Source: Desulfobacterales bacterium
GTDB lineage: Bacteria > Desulfobacterota > Desulfobacteria > Desulfobacterales > UBA5852
Length of the DNA stretch: 64,000 nucleotides
Direction: 5' to 3'
Assembly (NCBI GenBank): GCA_963674755.2
Contig: CAXXVS010000001.1
Span: 992,001 to 1,056,000 of the forward strand
In this document: in pieces, positions 1-10,639 of the stretch
Position numbering within the stretch: the stretch's first letter is position 1
Layout: each line of letters begins with the position of its first letter
Translations under genes and position numbers: made by a program
The notes under the pieces: model-generated
What the model was told of the DNA's origin: nothing
The model's database searches: none
The model's input: the letters and a program-made list of their open reading frames with translations, nothing else

Positions 1-2
1 CC

Positions 3-887
3 AACATTCAACCGGTTCGTGACAGTGTAGATGCCTTCGTGGTTACGGATATGTACAACGGCATCATGCACATGAGCGCCCTTTCGAGTGCCATGCTTTT
101 ACAGGCCCGCGGCGTCGAGACCGTGATGCAGGTATGCGTGCGCGACCGCAATCGCCTGGCCTTGCAGGCGGACCTGCTGGGGGCCAACGCCTGTGGGATC
201 ATGAATCTTTTGGCGGTCACCGGGGAAGATCCGACCTTTGGTGATCATCAGCAAGCCATCGCCGTCCACGACCTCGATCATCTCGATTTGCTCTATGCCA
301 TCAGCAGCCTGCAAAGGGGCAAGGACCTGGCGGGCCGAGACCTTGACGGCGTGCCGCAATTTCTGATCGGATCGACGGTCAATTCGAATTTGAAAGGCCA
401 GGCGCTGGAATTGGAAATCGAGAAGATGAATCGGCGCTGGGAGGCCGGCGCGCGTTTTTTTGTGACACCGCCGGTATTCGATCTGGCCAGTATGGCGTCT
501 TTTTTCGAACGGGTCGATCCCCACAAGTTCAAAATCATTCCTTCGGTGCTGCTTCTCAAATCGTTGGGGATGGCGCGCTATATTGAGCGCAATCTCAAGC
601 ATATCTACATCCCACCCACCCTGATCCAGCGCCTTCAGACCGCCAGGGACAAAAGCCGGGAATGTCTCCGCATCACGCAGGAGCTGGTCGCCGCCCTGAA
701 GGATGAGGGGTTTAGTGGGGTCCAGATTACAACCCTTGGTCGCGAGGATCGGCTTGCGGCATTGCTGGAAAAAGCGGGAGATGAGGATCGCCCGACCCTG
801 CAATACGCCGGCGTGGTCGAGGAAAATACAAAGGAGGTTACCGATGGCCGAAAAAAAACGCATCCTGGTAGTGGACGACGAACCTGA
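3..887 (+). CDS. metF: Methylenetetrahydrofolate reductase family protein (MetF-like), 5' end outside window
   Basis: Frame is open to the window edge. MTHFR motifs VMQVCVRDRNRLALQADLLGA, NLLAVTGEDP and GARFFVTPPVFD. The 3' end overlaps the next gene by 44 bp. Confidence 0.85.
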   Translation, partial: NIQPVRDSVDAFVVTDMYNGIMHMSALSSAMLLQARGVETVMQVCVRDRNRLALQADLLGANACGIMNLLAVTGEDPTFGDHQQAIAVHDLDHLDLLYAISSLQRGKDLAGRDLDGVPQFLIGSTVNSNLKGQALELEIEKMNRRWEAGARFFVTPPVFDLASMASFFERVDPHKFKIIPSVLLLKSLGMARYIERNLKHIYIPPTLIQRLQTARDKSRECLRITQELVAALKDEGFSGVQITTLGREDRLAALLEKAGDEDRPTLQYAGVVEENTKEVTDGRKKTHPGSGRRT

Positions 888-1236
888 TTTCGCTCTGTTG
901 GTACAGGGTAATCTGCAAAAGGAAGGCTTCGACGTCGATGTGGCTTACAATGGTGTCGAAGGGTTGGAGAAAATAAAACAAAATCCACCGGATGCCATTG
1001 TGCTCGATGTCATGATGCCGGAGAAGGACGGCTACGAGGTTTGTGCCGAACTCAAAAAAGATGATCGTTTTGCCGAGATCGCCATTCTCATGCTGACGGC
1101 CGTAGCGGATCACGTCACTTCCACGCGCTACTCGCATTTTGACGGGATGAGCATGGAAGCGGATGATTATTTGCCCAAACCGGCTTCGGCCGAAGAAATT
1201 ACCGAGAGTATCAAAAGTCTCCTGAATATGTCCTGA
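844..1236 (+). CDS. Single-domain response regulator receiver
   Basis: AAGGAGG SD before ATG 844; ILVVDDE, VLDVMMP, MLTA and YLPKP receiver motifs. Confidence 0.93.
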   Translation: MAEKKRILVVDDEPDFALLVQGNLQKEGFDVDVAYNGVEGLEKIKQNPPDAIVLDVMMPEKDGYEVCAELKKDDRFAEIAILMLTAVADHVTSTRYSHFDGMSMEADDYLPKPASAEEITESIKSLLNMS

Positions 1237-1522
1237 GAATGCCGATTCGGTTATCTGGTCGGAGAGGGTTTCTGCAGGCAGGGGCTGCCGGCGAAACAGG
1301 ACCGACAAGGCCCGCTTTCGGGATACTTTAATGATTCGTGGCGGCCATTGTCGAGCCGTTGTGAGGGGGGGGCGTGATCCAGGGCATAATGGCGGACTTG
1401 CGGAATAGCCCCAGAAAAGATATGAGACATACAGGGTTCCTGCTCGCGGCAGCGCGGTCTTCCCCGGACGGTAAGTGTTGCTACATTGAAACCTCCCCGT
1501 TCTTGCGAATGCGAGGGTCTTG

Positions 1523-2401
1523 ATGGCCATTGATGCCAAGTCCTTCCGAAACCCCAAATCCGCTTTCGAGATTCAGTGCAAGGTTTATTGCATCCTGGGC
1601 GATGAGCGGGTATTCAACTCCAAATCCCCCGAAATATTTTCCGCCGTATTTCAGCGGGTGGGGCTCAGGGGCGCCTACGTTCCTTTTATGACGACACTGG
1701 AGCGTGTGGGCGAAGCCCTCAACAGCATTCGCGTGTTGAACATCGCGGGCGCCAACGTTACCGTGCCTTACAAGGAGTGTGTGATCCCTTTCCTGGATGT
1801 GCTTTCCGAGGGGGCTAAAATTATCGGCGCCATCAACACCATTGCCTGGGAAGGTGATGTCCTCAAGGGATACAACACCAACGCCATCGGGTTCATGGAC
1901 ACTTTGGAAGAAATCGATTATGCGGTGCCCGGCAAACGGGCCCTGGTGTTCGGTTCCGGCGGAGCGGCCAAGGCGGTGGTGTTCATCCTGAACTGGTTGC
2001 GGGCGGAAAGCGTTTATATTTCAGCCCGCAATGAGCCGCGCTCCCGCGAAATGGCCGAACGGCTGGGTGGAGAAGCGATTTCGCTGGAAGATGCCGTCGC
2101 CTCCCCCCTGGAGGTGGATCTGGTGATCAATGCCACCTCGGTATCGAGTGCAGATGAATCACCGGAATTTGCGGCCCTGGTGGACCGGCTTGACCTCAGC
2201 GGCTGCCAGTTGCTGATGGATCTCAATTATGGTCGAGAGCAGAATATATGGGAACGCAAAGCGGCCGCATCGGGGGTGGCATTTATGGACGGTCTGCGGG
2301 CGTTGGCCTACCAGGCCCGCCGCACGTTTGCCCTCTGGACCGGCATCCAGGTCGAACCCAATGAATTCCTTTCCGAGCTGCATGTGCGGTCGAAGCGCTA
2401 G
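1523..2401 (+). CDS. aroE: Shikimate dehydrogenase family protein (AroE-like; NTD motif reads NTN)
   Basis: SKSP, GANVTVPYKE, IGAINT, GSGGAAKA Rossmann motif, DLNY, DGLRALAYQA. Confidence 0.8.
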   Translation: MAIDAKSFRNPKSAFEIQCKVYCILGDERVFNSKSPEIFSAVFQRVGLRGAYVPFMTTLERVGEALNSIRVLNIAGANVTVPYKECVIPFLDVLSEGAKIIGAINTIAWEGDVLKGYNTNAIGFMDTLEEIDYAVPGKRALVFGSGGAAKAVVFILNWLRAESVYISARNEPRSREMAERLGGEAISLEDAVASPLEVDLVINATSVSSADESPEFAALVDRLDLSGCQLLMDLNYGREQNIWERKAAASGVAFMDGLRALAYQARRTFALWTGIQVEPNEFLSELHVRSKR

Positions 2402-2477
2402 TCGCGTTTCGTGCAGCCATGATGTGGAAAGGTCTTCGCTGCTTTTCAGCGGAAGGAGGATGTCAACAACGTTATCC

Positions 2478-3968
2478 TTAGCGTTGAATGGGTATCAGCA
2501 CCGTGAAGGTAGATCCCCTTCCAGGCTCGCTTTCAACTGAAATAGACCCGCCAAGAGAATCCACCAGCCCTTTGACAATCGGCAAGCCCAAACCGGTTCC
2601 CGTGATAAAACGGGTTTTTTCATTTTTTACCCGATAGAAGCGATCGAAAATTTTCCCCAGGTATTTGCCCTCGATGCCGAACCCATTGTCTTGGACGGCC
2701 AGACGGACATTGTCCCCCACCCGATCTACTTTGACGGATATTGCGCCGCCCTCCTGGGTGTAATTGACGGCATTGGTGATCAAGTTGCCGACGATGCTCT
2801 CTAAGGCGAGCGGGTCGGATTTGAATGTCGGCAGGGGATCTTCCGGCACCTGAAGGATAAGCGACTGGTGTTTGGCTTTGGCCTGGGTCTCAAGGAAGTC
2901 CACCACGCTGCCCAACAGCTCCTCGATACGGAATTCGCGGGTTTCACTGCAGATATTGCCGGTTTCAATGCGCGAAAGATCAAGCAGGTCGCCGATGGTG
3001 GAAATCAGGCCCCTGGTCTTCTCTTTGGCACGGCTGATGAGATGCTGGTCCGTGGCATCTTCTTCTTCGGTCATGGCCTTCATCACCATGGCCAGTTGCT
3101 CGTGGATCGTGGACAGGGGCGAGCGCAGCTCATGGGATACTTTGGCGACGAACTCGGTTTTCAGTCGATCCAGCACTTTCATGGCGGTGATATCCTGGAA
3201 CGAGATCACCGCTCCTAAGCATTGCATGCGTTCCCCCATCACGGGGCGGCCCTTGACCTGAAAGAACTGGTCTTCCGATAAAACGAGCTCGTAAGTGGGG
3301 ATCTCCTCAAAATCCACATAACGCCCCCGGGAAATATCCTGAACCAGCTTGCACAACCCCTCATCCTTGATAAAGTCGGTAAACGGCGCGCCGGTGCAGC
3401 TTCCGGGCGCATTGCCGATCAACTGGCAGAAGGTCGGATTGGTCAGGACAATTTGGCCTTCCGTATTGGTGACCACCAGCCCATTGGGCAGCGATTCGAT
3501 AATCGTGCGGGTACGGCTTTTTTCCATGCCCAGATCCGCCAGCGTGCGACGCCGGTCCCGTTCGAGCTTTTCCGTCTCCTTTCGCAACAAGATTCGTTCT
3601 TTGGCCCGGTTGACCACAATACGCAGAGGATCGGGCTCGAAGGGTTTGGGGATGAAATCATAAGCACCCTGTTTCATGGCTTCGATGGCGGTTTCGACGG
3701 TGGCGAAACCAGTGATGATGATCACGAGAAGATTCGGGTCGATTTCATGCATGCGGCGCATGACTTCCATCCCGTCCATACCCGGCATCTTGAGATCGAG
3801 AAGGACGATATCAGGTTTTTTGCTGTTAAGGATTTCGAGTCCCTCCTCGCCGCGCGACGCACCGTAAACATCGCATCCCATACGGCTTAGAATACGTTCA
3901 GAGCCTTCCCGGATACCGTCTTCGTCGTCAACCACCAGAACCTTGATGTCCTCACGGTCGTTTTTCAA
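2478..3968 (-). CDS. Hybrid receiver-PAS-histidine kinase
   Basis: N-terminal REC (VLVVDDE, LLDLKMP, KP), PAS, H-box SHELRSPL, NLITNAVNY, DNGFGI, GTGLGL. Probable TTG start at 3968 after a GGAG SD. Confidence 0.92.
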   Translation of the reverse strand: MKNDREDIKVLVVDDEDGIREGSERILSRMGCDVYGASRGEEGLEILNSKKPDIVLLDLKMPGMDGMEVMRRMHEIDPNLLVIIITGFATVETAIEAMKQGAYDFIPKPFEPDPLRIVVNRAKERILLRKETEKLERDRRRTLADLGMEKSRTRTIIESLPNGLVVTNTEGQIVLTNPTFCQLIGNAPGSCTGAPFTDFIKDEGLCKLVQDISRGRYVDFEEIPTYELVLSEDQFFQVKGRPVMGERMQCLGAVISFQDITAMKVLDRLKTEFVAKVSHELRSPLSTIHEQLAMVMKAMTEEEDATDQHLISRAKEKTRGLISTIGDLLDLSRIETGNICSETREFRIEELLGSVVDFLETQAKAKHQSLILQVPEDPLPTFKSDPLALESIVGNLITNAVNYTQEGGAISVKVDRVGDNVRLAVQDNGFGIEGKYLGKIFDRFYRVKNEKTRFITGTGLGLPIVKGLVDSLGGSISVESEPGRGSTFTVLIPIQR

Positions 3969-5127
3969 TGGGCGTCTCTCCGTTTTCAGAGGTGCTGATC
4001 GGTAATTCAATGATGAAACGTGTTCCGCAGGGCGTGTTGTTGAGAGCGCGAATCTTGCCCTCATGACTTTCAACGATGCCGTAGACGAGACTCAATCCAA
4101 TGCCGGTGCCCTCGCCTTCCTCCTTGGTGGTAAAAAACGGTTCGAAAATATGGGGCCGAATATCTTCCGGGATACCGGGTCCGGTATCGGCAATTTCGAT
4201 CACGACCCGTTCACCGTCATCCGACAGGCGTGTGCCCACGGTCAGTGTCCCCCGGCCCTGCATCGCCTGGGCGGCATTGAGAATGATATTCATGAACATG
4301 TGATTGACCTGCTGGGTATCGCCGCGAACGTTGGGGATATCGCCAGTGAGGTTGCGGATGACGGTGATGTTTTGAAAAAGGGTCTGGTTTTCTAACAGAA
4401 AAAGGGTGCGGGTAATCGCACGGTTGATATCCAGGGGGCGCATTTCGTGCCGCGTCTGTCGGGCAAATTCCAGCAATTCCTTGACGGTATCCCGGCATCG
4501 TTCGGCATCTTTGAGGATGCGGTTGAGGTCTTTGCGGGCGCCTTCTTCAAGATCGTATTCTTCCAGCATCAGGCGGGCAAAAAGGGTGATGCCGCCCAAG
4601 GGATTGTTGAGTTGGTGGGCTACCCCAGCGGCCAACTTGCCCAATGAGGCCATCTTTTCCGACTGCAACAGCTGGATCTGGGTCTGCTCCAGTTCCTTTT
4701 TTATCCGCAACGACTCCCGCAGATCGTGAAAAAAGCCCATGGTCGCGGTTTCGAGGCCGTTTTCATAAATAATAGCCGCATTGAGACTGATCGGAATCAG
4801 CGTACCATCCTTGTGCCGCACATCGATCTGGTAGGATTTTAGTTTGCCGGTTCCGCCATGCTGCTCATTGCGCAGCTTTGCCATAATTTGGTAGGCCCCA
4901 TCATCCGGGTAGACGTCGCGAATATTGAGCGATGTTAGGGCTTCTTCCTCGGTGTAACCGCTTATCTCCGAGGCGGCATCGTTGAAGATGAGGATTTTCC
5001 CTGTTTTATCCGCAGCGATAACCCCGTCGACGGAACTGTGAAGAAGGTTTTTGAGAAAGGCGTTGGATCGCCGGAGGCGTTCTTCAAAATTTTCTAAGGA
5101 GGCATCCTGGCTGTCGATGATGACCAT
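3952..5127 (-). CDS. PAS-domain sensor histidine kinase (NtrB-like)
   Basis: [56 protein letters not shown]. Confidence 0.93.
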   Translation of the reverse strand: MVIIDSQDASLENFEERLRRSNAFLKNLLHSSVDGVIAADKTGKILIFNDAASEISGYTEEEALTSLNIRDVYPDDGAYQIMAKLRNEQHGGTGKLKSYQIDVRHKDGTLIPISLNAAIIYENGLETATMGFFHDLRESLRIKKELEQTQIQLLQSEKMASLGKLAAGVAHQLNNPLGGITLFARLMLEEYDLEEGARKDLNRILKDAERCRDTVKELLEFARQTRHEMRPLDINRAITRTLFLLENQTLFQNITVIRNLTGDIPNVRGDTQQVNHMFMNIILNAAQAMQGRGTLTVGTRLSDDGERVVIEIADTGPGIPEDIRPHIFEPFFTTKEEGEGTGIGLSLVYGIVESHEGKIRALNNTPCGTRFIIELPISTSENGETPIEKRP

Positions 5128-5655
5128 AGTTCAGCGCATTTCCTTGTTCAATGGGGGATCGGCAAGACCTCAATTGAAAGTTGTCGGCAGCGCAGTTAGA
5201 TTGGTCAATCCCCTATTTATGTACATCCCTTTTTGATTGGAGGGGGCGGGCGGATAGGGCAACGGCTTGAACAAACACCGCAGGCTGATGGCGCGACGTA
5301 TTAGGGAGCTCACGGGCGAAACAGCGCTTGATCGACAAAGGCGTTTGGGGAGCACGTTCCCATTTAAAATCATAGTCGCAAAATTTGGTTTGAATTGCAA
5401 CTCCGTTTCAGGCGCCTTTTCGAAAGTATGACCGGGATTAGACCTACTCCTTGACACCGGAAGACGTGGGGCCATCCGATAGATCTCCAAAACCCATGCA
5501 AAACGCGCTTGATATGAATATCAATTCATTTTCATAGCGACCACGAAAAAATGGCAAATTTCCGGCATAATTTTCATCGCAGTTGAAGTAAATTTTGGAA
5601 TAACATCCCATTTTTAAGACAATAATTGCATATGGTCGGCACGATTGATTTGCGC

Positions 5656-5702
5656 TTGACAGGGACCGGGAGCTCCTGGTAAATGAATGAATATTCATTC
5701 AT
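5656..5702 (+). promoter_or_regulatory. Sigma70-like promoter overlapped by a perfect 20-bp palindromic TetR/FadR operator (5683-5702)
   Basis: TTGACA at 5656-5661 and GTAAAT 17 bp later. ATGAATGAATATTCATTCAT is self-complementary and matches the Bacillus FadR (YsiA) box TGAATGAnTAnTCATTCA. Confidence 0.85.
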
Positions 5703-5736
5703 GATTGGGCGGACAACGCTGCCCGAGGGGGACGTC

Positions 5737-6342
5737 ATTACTGCCAAAGTCAAAAACGATAAATACCATCGCATTCTGGAAGCGGCCGTCACGGTGTTTG
5801 CCAAGGCGGGTTTCCACGAATCGACCATATCCCAGATCGCCAAGGCGGCGGGGGTGGCCGATGGGACTATATACCTTTACTTTAAAAATAAAGACGACAT
5901 TCTGGTTCATTTTTTCAATTTCAAAACCCGCCAGGTTTTTGCGTGTTTTCATGAAGAAGTCGACCACGCCCACAAGGCTGTGGACAAACTCCGCAATCTT
6001 ATAAAGCGCCATCTGGAAGAATTCCAGAAGGACCGCCATATGGCGGTCTTGTATCAGGCCGAAACCCATCGCATCAATCGATTGGCGGAGGAGCAGATCC
6101 GTGAAATGCACAAAATGTATCTGGACCTCATTGCTGAAATTGTGGAGCAGGGTCAGGTGGAAGGTGCGATCCGGCGGGATATTTATGTCGGCTTGGTCAA
6201 GCGCTATATCCTCGGCGGAGTCGATGAAGTGATCAACACCTGGCTGCATTCCGAACGGAAGTACGATTTAACCTCCATGGCGGATCCCCTGGTGGATCTT
6301 TTTATCCGGGGAATCGGGACTCAGCCGGCGGCGCATTCTTAG
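5737..6342 (+). CDS. fadR: TetR-family regulator of fatty-acid degradation (FadR/YsiA-like); start uncertain (ATT 5737 or ATG 5701)
   Basis: KYHRILEAAVTVFAKAGF..TISQIAKAAGVADGTIYLYFKNKDDIL HTH; sits ahead of an acyl-CoA dehydrogenase and behind its own operator. Confidence 0.85.
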   Translation: MTAKVKNDKYHRILEAAVTVFAKAGFHESTISQIAKAAGVADGTIYLYFKNKDDILVHFFNFKTRQVFACFHEEVDHAHKAVDKLRNLIKRHLEEFQKDRHMAVLYQAETHRINRLAEEQIREMHKMYLDLIAEIVEQGQVEGAIRRDIYVGLVKRYILGGVDEVINTWLHSERKYDLTSMADPLVDLFIRGIGTQPAAHS

Positions 6343-6393
6343 AAACCGTTTTTGTGATGTCGAAAGACCACATATTAAAAGGAGATAGGACCG

Positions 6394-8208
6394 ATGGCAC
6401 AGTTTATCGCAGACCGCAGGGATGTGGATTTTGTACTCCACGAGCAATTGAACGTCGACCAATTCAGCAAACATGAACGATTTGCCGAGTTCAACAAAAA
6501 AACCGTGGATTTAATTATTAGTGAGGCACGCAACCTCGCCATAAAAGAAATTATGCCGACCCAAACGGTTGGGGACTCGGAAGGCGCCCGGTATGAGAAC
6601 GGAACCGTGGTGACGCCCAAGGAATTCAAGCGCGCTTATGAGCTTTTTGTCGAAGGCGAGTGGTTGGCCATGTCCGAAGACCCCGAATGGGGCGGGCAGG
6701 GCATGCCGACGACCCTGGCCCTGTCGGCCAGCGACTATTTTAACGGCGCTAATTTTGCGCTTATGATGTACCCCGGCTTAACCCACGGGGCGGGCAAGCT
6801 TGTGGAAGCCTTCGGCACAGATCTGCAGAAAAAATTGTATCTCAAAAAAATGTTTACGGGCGAGTGGGGTGGCACCATGCTGCTGACCGAGCCGGAGGCT
6901 GGTTCGGATGTTGGCGCCCTGACGACGACGGCCGTAAAAAACGACGACGGTACCTATTCGATCACCGGGAACAAGATTTTTATTTCCGGCGGCGACCACG
7001 ATCTGGTTGAAAACATCATCCATCCGGTCCTGGCGCGTATCGAAGGCGCACCGGAGGGTACCAAAGGCATTTCGCTTTTCCTGGTACCCAAGATCTGGGT
7101 GAACGAGGACGGCAGTCTGGGAGAACCCAACGATATCATCTGCACCGGGATCGAAGAGAAGATGGGGATCCATGGCAACGCCACCTGCTCGATGGCCATG
7201 GGCAGCAAGGGGCAGTGCCGGGGCACCCTTCTGGGTGAAGAGAACAAAGGTATGCGCGCCATGTTCCTGATGATGAATGCCGCCCGGTTGCTGGTGGGCA
7301 TGCAGGGCTTTTGCTGTGCCAGCGCCTCTTATATGAATGCCGTCAACTATGCCCGCGAGCGGGTGCAGGGCAAGAACCTGCTGCAGATGTTCGATAAGTC
7401 GGCGCCGGGGGTTCCCATCATCCAGCACCCGGATGTGCGGCGCATGCTGCTGGGTATGAAAGCCTATGTGGAGGGCATGCGCAGCCTGCTTTATTATGCC
7501 GGCTACTGCGAAGATCAGAAGCTGCTCGCGGAAGATGAAAATGAAAAGGCCCGCCTGCAGGGCATCATCGACGTTCTGATTCCCATATGCAAGGGGTACA
7601 TTACCGACAAATCCTTTGAAGTTTGCAGTCAGGGAATGCAGGTTTACGGCGGATACGGCTATATCAAGGAATACCCCCAGGAGCAGCTGCTGCGGGACTG
7701 CCGCATTACGCTGATCTACGAGGGCACCAACGGCATCCAGGCCATGGACCTTCTGGGCCGCAAGCTGGGCCTGAACAAAGGCAAGGCCGTCATGGATCTT
7801 TTTGGCGAAATCCAGAAGACCATCAACAGTGCCAAGGAAATCGAGGCCACGGCTGATCTGGCGGCCAGCACCGAAAAGGTGGCCAACAAGCTCGGAGAGG
7901 TGGCCATGCACATGGGCGCCACGGCCATGTCGGAAAAAGTCCTCAATGCCTTTGCCTTCGCCCACCCCTTTATGGAAGCATGCGGCGATGTCACCATGGC
8001 CTGGCAGCTGCTGTGGCGGGCCCAGATTGCCGCTCAAAAACTGGCCAAGGCCAAAAAGAAAGATGCGGCCTTTTACGAGGGGCAGTTGAAGTCGGCGGAA
8101 TTTTTTATCAACTCGGTTCTTCCCATTACCCTCGGCAAAATGAACGCCATCCTCAATAACAATGGTGCGGCGGTCGAGATATCTGAGGATGCTTTCGGAG
8201 CAAAGTAA
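6394..8208 (+). CDS. Long-form acyl-CoA dehydrogenase
   Basis: MLLTEPEAGSDVG, GNKIFISGG, EEKMGIHGNATC, QVYGGYGY, IYEGTNGIQAMDL; AAGGAG SD. Confidence 0.96.
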   Translation: MAQFIADRRDVDFVLHEQLNVDQFSKHERFAEFNKKTVDLIISEARNLAIKEIMPTQTVGDSEGARYENGTVVTPKEFKRAYELFVEGEWLAMSEDPEWGGQGMPTTLALSASDYFNGANFALMMYPGLTHGAGKLVEAFGTDLQKKLYLKKMFTGEWGGTMLLTEPEAGSDVGALTTTAVKNDDGTYSITGNKIFISGGDHDLVENIIHPVLARIEGAPEGTKGISLFLVPKIWVNEDGSLGEPNDIICTGIEEKMGIHGNATCSMAMGSKGQCRGTLLGEENKGMRAMFLMMNAARLLVGMQGFCCASASYMNAVNYARERVQGKNLLQMFDKSAPGVPIIQHPDVRRMLLGMKAYVEGMRSLLYYAGYCEDQKLLAEDENEKARLQGIIDVLIPICKGYITDKSFEVCSQGMQVYGGYGYIKEYPQEQLLRDCRITLIYEGTNGIQAMDLLGRKLGLNKGKAVMDLFGEIQKTINSAKEIEATADLAASTEKVANKLGEVAMHMGATAMSEKVLNAFAFAHPFMEACGDVTMAWQLLWRAQIAAQKLAKAKKKDAAFYEGQLKSAEFFINSVLPITLGKMNAILNNNGAAVEISEDAFGAK

Positions 8209-8247
8209 CCGGGCGTATCGAAACGCTTGAGGCACACAATGGGAGGA

Positions 8248-8279
8248 GGGCTGTGGGGATTTCCCCGCAGCCTTTTTTT
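8248..8279 (+). terminator. Rho-independent terminator
   Basis: GGCTGTGGGG/CCCCGCAGCC stem followed by T7, downstream of the acyl-CoA dehydrogenase. Confidence 0.8.
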
Positions 8280-8526
8280 ATGCGCACCTTTGCCGGTAAG
8301 CTTGCAACGAGTGGCGGCAGAGGCGCTGTGAATTTAAATGGAGACGCCAGAAGGAATATACGCTCAAATCGTGCAGGAGGGTGCCCATCGAAAGGTGTTG
8401 CCGCAACGCAGCGACTAACAATAGGTGCTACGGGAAGAACCGATGCTGCATCCTACCCCGGGCAGGCATACGGTTGCCGACGTTGTCATTCATCCCACCC
8501 GGTTATGGGGGGGCTTACAATCGATC

Positions 8527-8559
8527 AAAAAAAACGGCCGGCATCCGAAGTGCCGGCCG
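8527..8559 (-). terminator. Rho-independent terminator for the acyl-CoA ligase
   Basis: CGGCCGGCA/TGCCGGCCG stem with A8 on the + strand (T8 on the - strand). Confidence 0.82.
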
Positions 8560-8590
8560 CAGGAAATGGGGTGGATTGTGGGTAACGGGT

Positions 8591-10288
8591 TTAGGCCTGG
8601 CCGCGTTTGGCCAGCTCTTCGGCCCGTAGATCTTTCTTAAGGACTTTGCCCACATTCGTTTTCGGCAGGGCGTTGATAAAATCGACTTCCGTAGGCAGTT
8701 TATAGGTCGCCAGCTTGCCCTTGCAGTATTCGATGATTTCTTCGACGGTCGCCTGTTCCCCCTCCTTCAGCACAATGAAGACCTTGACCTGCTCACCACG
8801 GCGGGGATGGGGTACGCCGATGGCGGTGGCTTCGGCGATTTTGGGATGTTCGAAAAGGACTTCTTCGATATCGCGGGGGTAAACATTGTAGCCGCCGGAA
8901 ATGATCATGTCCTTTTTGCGGTCCACAATGTAGAAATAGCCGTCTTCATCCATCTTGGCGATGTCGCCGGTGTGCAGCCAGCCGTCCACCAGTGTTTCGG
9001 CGGTGGCCTCCGGCCGCTGCCAGTACCCTTGCATGACTTGGGGGCCGCGCACGACCAGTTCGCCCGATTCACCCACCGGCATTTCCTGGGAACCGTCGCT
9101 AAGATCCACAATACGGGCCTCGGTATCTGAAATGGGAAGGCCGATGCTGCCGACTTTGCGCTCGCCGCCGAAAGGATTGATGTGGGTCACCGGGGATGAT
9201 TCCGTCATGCCGAATCCTTCTACGATGACCGCCCCGGTTTTATGTTCGAAATCCCGGATGACTTCGAGGGGCAAGGGGGCGCTGCCTGAGAAGCAGCCCT
9301 TGATAGAAGTCAAATCGGTCCGCTCGATCAGGGGATGGTTGAGCATGCCGATATACATGGTCGGCACAAGCGGGGCGAAGGTCGGTCGAAATTTGCCGAT
9401 GGTTTCCAGCAAAGGTTCAGGTTGCGGTTTGGGCACCAAAACATCGCCCCACCCCATGAAGATGGCAAAATTCATGGCGACCGAAAGACCGAAGACATGA
9501 AAGAAAGGCAGGGCGCCCAGCATCGTTTCTTCGCCCGGGTTGAAGCCGGGAAACCAGGCCCTTATTTCTTGCACCTGTCGGCTGAGGTTGCCGTGGGTCA
9601 GCATGACACCTTTGGATACACCGGTCGTGCCACCGGTATATTGCAACATGGCGATATCGTCGAAGGAGAGGGACACCGGCGATGGGCTCGGGGTATAACG
9701 GGACAAAATCTCTTTCCATTTATACAGGTCGGCAGCCGGGGATACGTCTGCGGCAAGCCCTTTTTTCTTTCCCACCAGAGGAAAGAGCAAATTTTTTGGA
9801 AAAGGCAGGTAATCCCCGATCGATGTGTAAATGATGGTTTTAATGGTCGTTCGGGGCCGCAACGCTACCATGCGGTTCGCCAACAAGTCCAGCGTAATAA
9901 GTAGTTTGGAGCCCGAATCGTTGAACTGGTGTTCGAGTTCACGATCGGAATAAAGAGGGTTGTTCATAACGGCCCGGGCGCCTATTTTCAAAATGGCATA
10001 ATAAGCAACGACGCAAGGGATGATATTGGGCAGCAGGATGGAAACACTGTCTCCCTGGTGAATGCCCATATTTTGAAAGGCATTGGCCATTCGGTTGACC
10101 ATAGTCTGCAATTGCCGGTAGGTGACTTTATAGCCCTGAAAAAGCAATGCCATGCGGTCCGGAAACTCGGCGGCCGAACGGTCGAGGAATTCGGGCAGAC
10201 AAACGGTTTCGTATTGAACTGTTGCCGGAACCCCTTCCTCGTATTGTTTGAGCCAAGGTTTATCAGCGTAACCCATTGAATTCGTCAC
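8591..10288 (-). CDS. fadD: Long-chain fatty acid-CoA ligase
   Basis: YTGGTTGVSKG AMP-binding loop, EGFGMTESSP, GWLHTGDI, DRKKDMII, LPKTNVGK; AGGAGG SD before the GTG. Confidence 0.95.
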   Translation of the reverse strand: MTNSMGYADKPWLKQYEEGVPATVQYETVCLPEFLDRSAAEFPDRMALLFQGYKVTYRQLQTMVNRMANAFQNMGIHQGDSVSILLPNIIPCVVAYYAILKIGARAVMNNPLYSDRELEHQFNDSGSKLLITLDLLANRMVALRPRTTIKTIIYTSIGDYLPFPKNLLFPLVGKKKGLAADVSPAADLYKWKEILSRYTPSPSPVSLSFDDIAMLQYTGGTTGVSKGVMLTHGNLSRQVQEIRAWFPGFNPGEETMLGALPFFHVFGLSVAMNFAIFMGWGDVLVPKPQPEPLLETIGKFRPTFAPLVPTMYIGMLNHPLIERTDLTSIKGCFSGSAPLPLEVIRDFEHKTGAVIVEGFGMTESSPVTHINPFGGERKVGSIGLPISDTEARIVDLSDGSQEMPVGESGELVVRGPQVMQGYWQRPEATAETLVDGWLHTGDIAKMDEDGYFYIVDRKKDMIISGGYNVYPRDIEEVLFEHPKIAEATAIGVPHPRRGEQVKVFIVLKEGEQATVEEIIEYCKGKLATYKLPTEVDFINALPKTNVGKVLKKDLRAEELAKRGQA

Positions 10289-10451
10289 CTGAGCCTCCTT
10301 AATGTTTTGACGGTTTGATAAAAAGCCCTATCGACGCTTCCCGCTTTTCTCCGTCTACGGCGTTGAAGTGTAAACGGTCCAACGCGGTTGTCATGATGCC
10401 GTTCCGTGTTTCCTTTCGGAACGAATTTTTGCTCACAGCACGCGTCGCAAG

Positions 10452-10499
10452 TGAATGAATAGCCATTCAGTCATTAGGTGAATCGAACAGAATTGTCAA
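10452..10499 (-). promoter_or_regulatory. fadD promoter with FadR-type operator (10452-10469)
   Basis: Minus-strand TTGACA (10494-10499), 17 bp spacer, TAATGA; operator TGAATGAATAGCCATTCA just downstream. Confidence 0.75.
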
Positions 10500-10639
10500 G
10501 AAACCAATTTAATGGTATGGGGTGATTCGACAAGTTGCCAGACGCGTTGGCCCTAATGCAGGCGAAACCAAAACCAACCGTCATATAGCGGCCTTGACGG
10601 AAATCAATGATGGGTTGGCACTGGCTGGCGGTTTTTCCC

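Noticed and set aside
5683..5736. N-terminal extension MNEYSF on the TetR ORF, repeated in ORFs 5574-5843 and 10474-10686
   Set aside because: The shared peptide is just the translation of the palindromic operator, not a repeated protein.
6778..8235. Long antisense ORFs (also 10741-11949, 28638-29903, 48771-50075, 52932-54674, 57556-58860)
   Set aside because: They mirror well-supported genes on the opposite strand, which is expected at high GC3, and have no motifs or SD.
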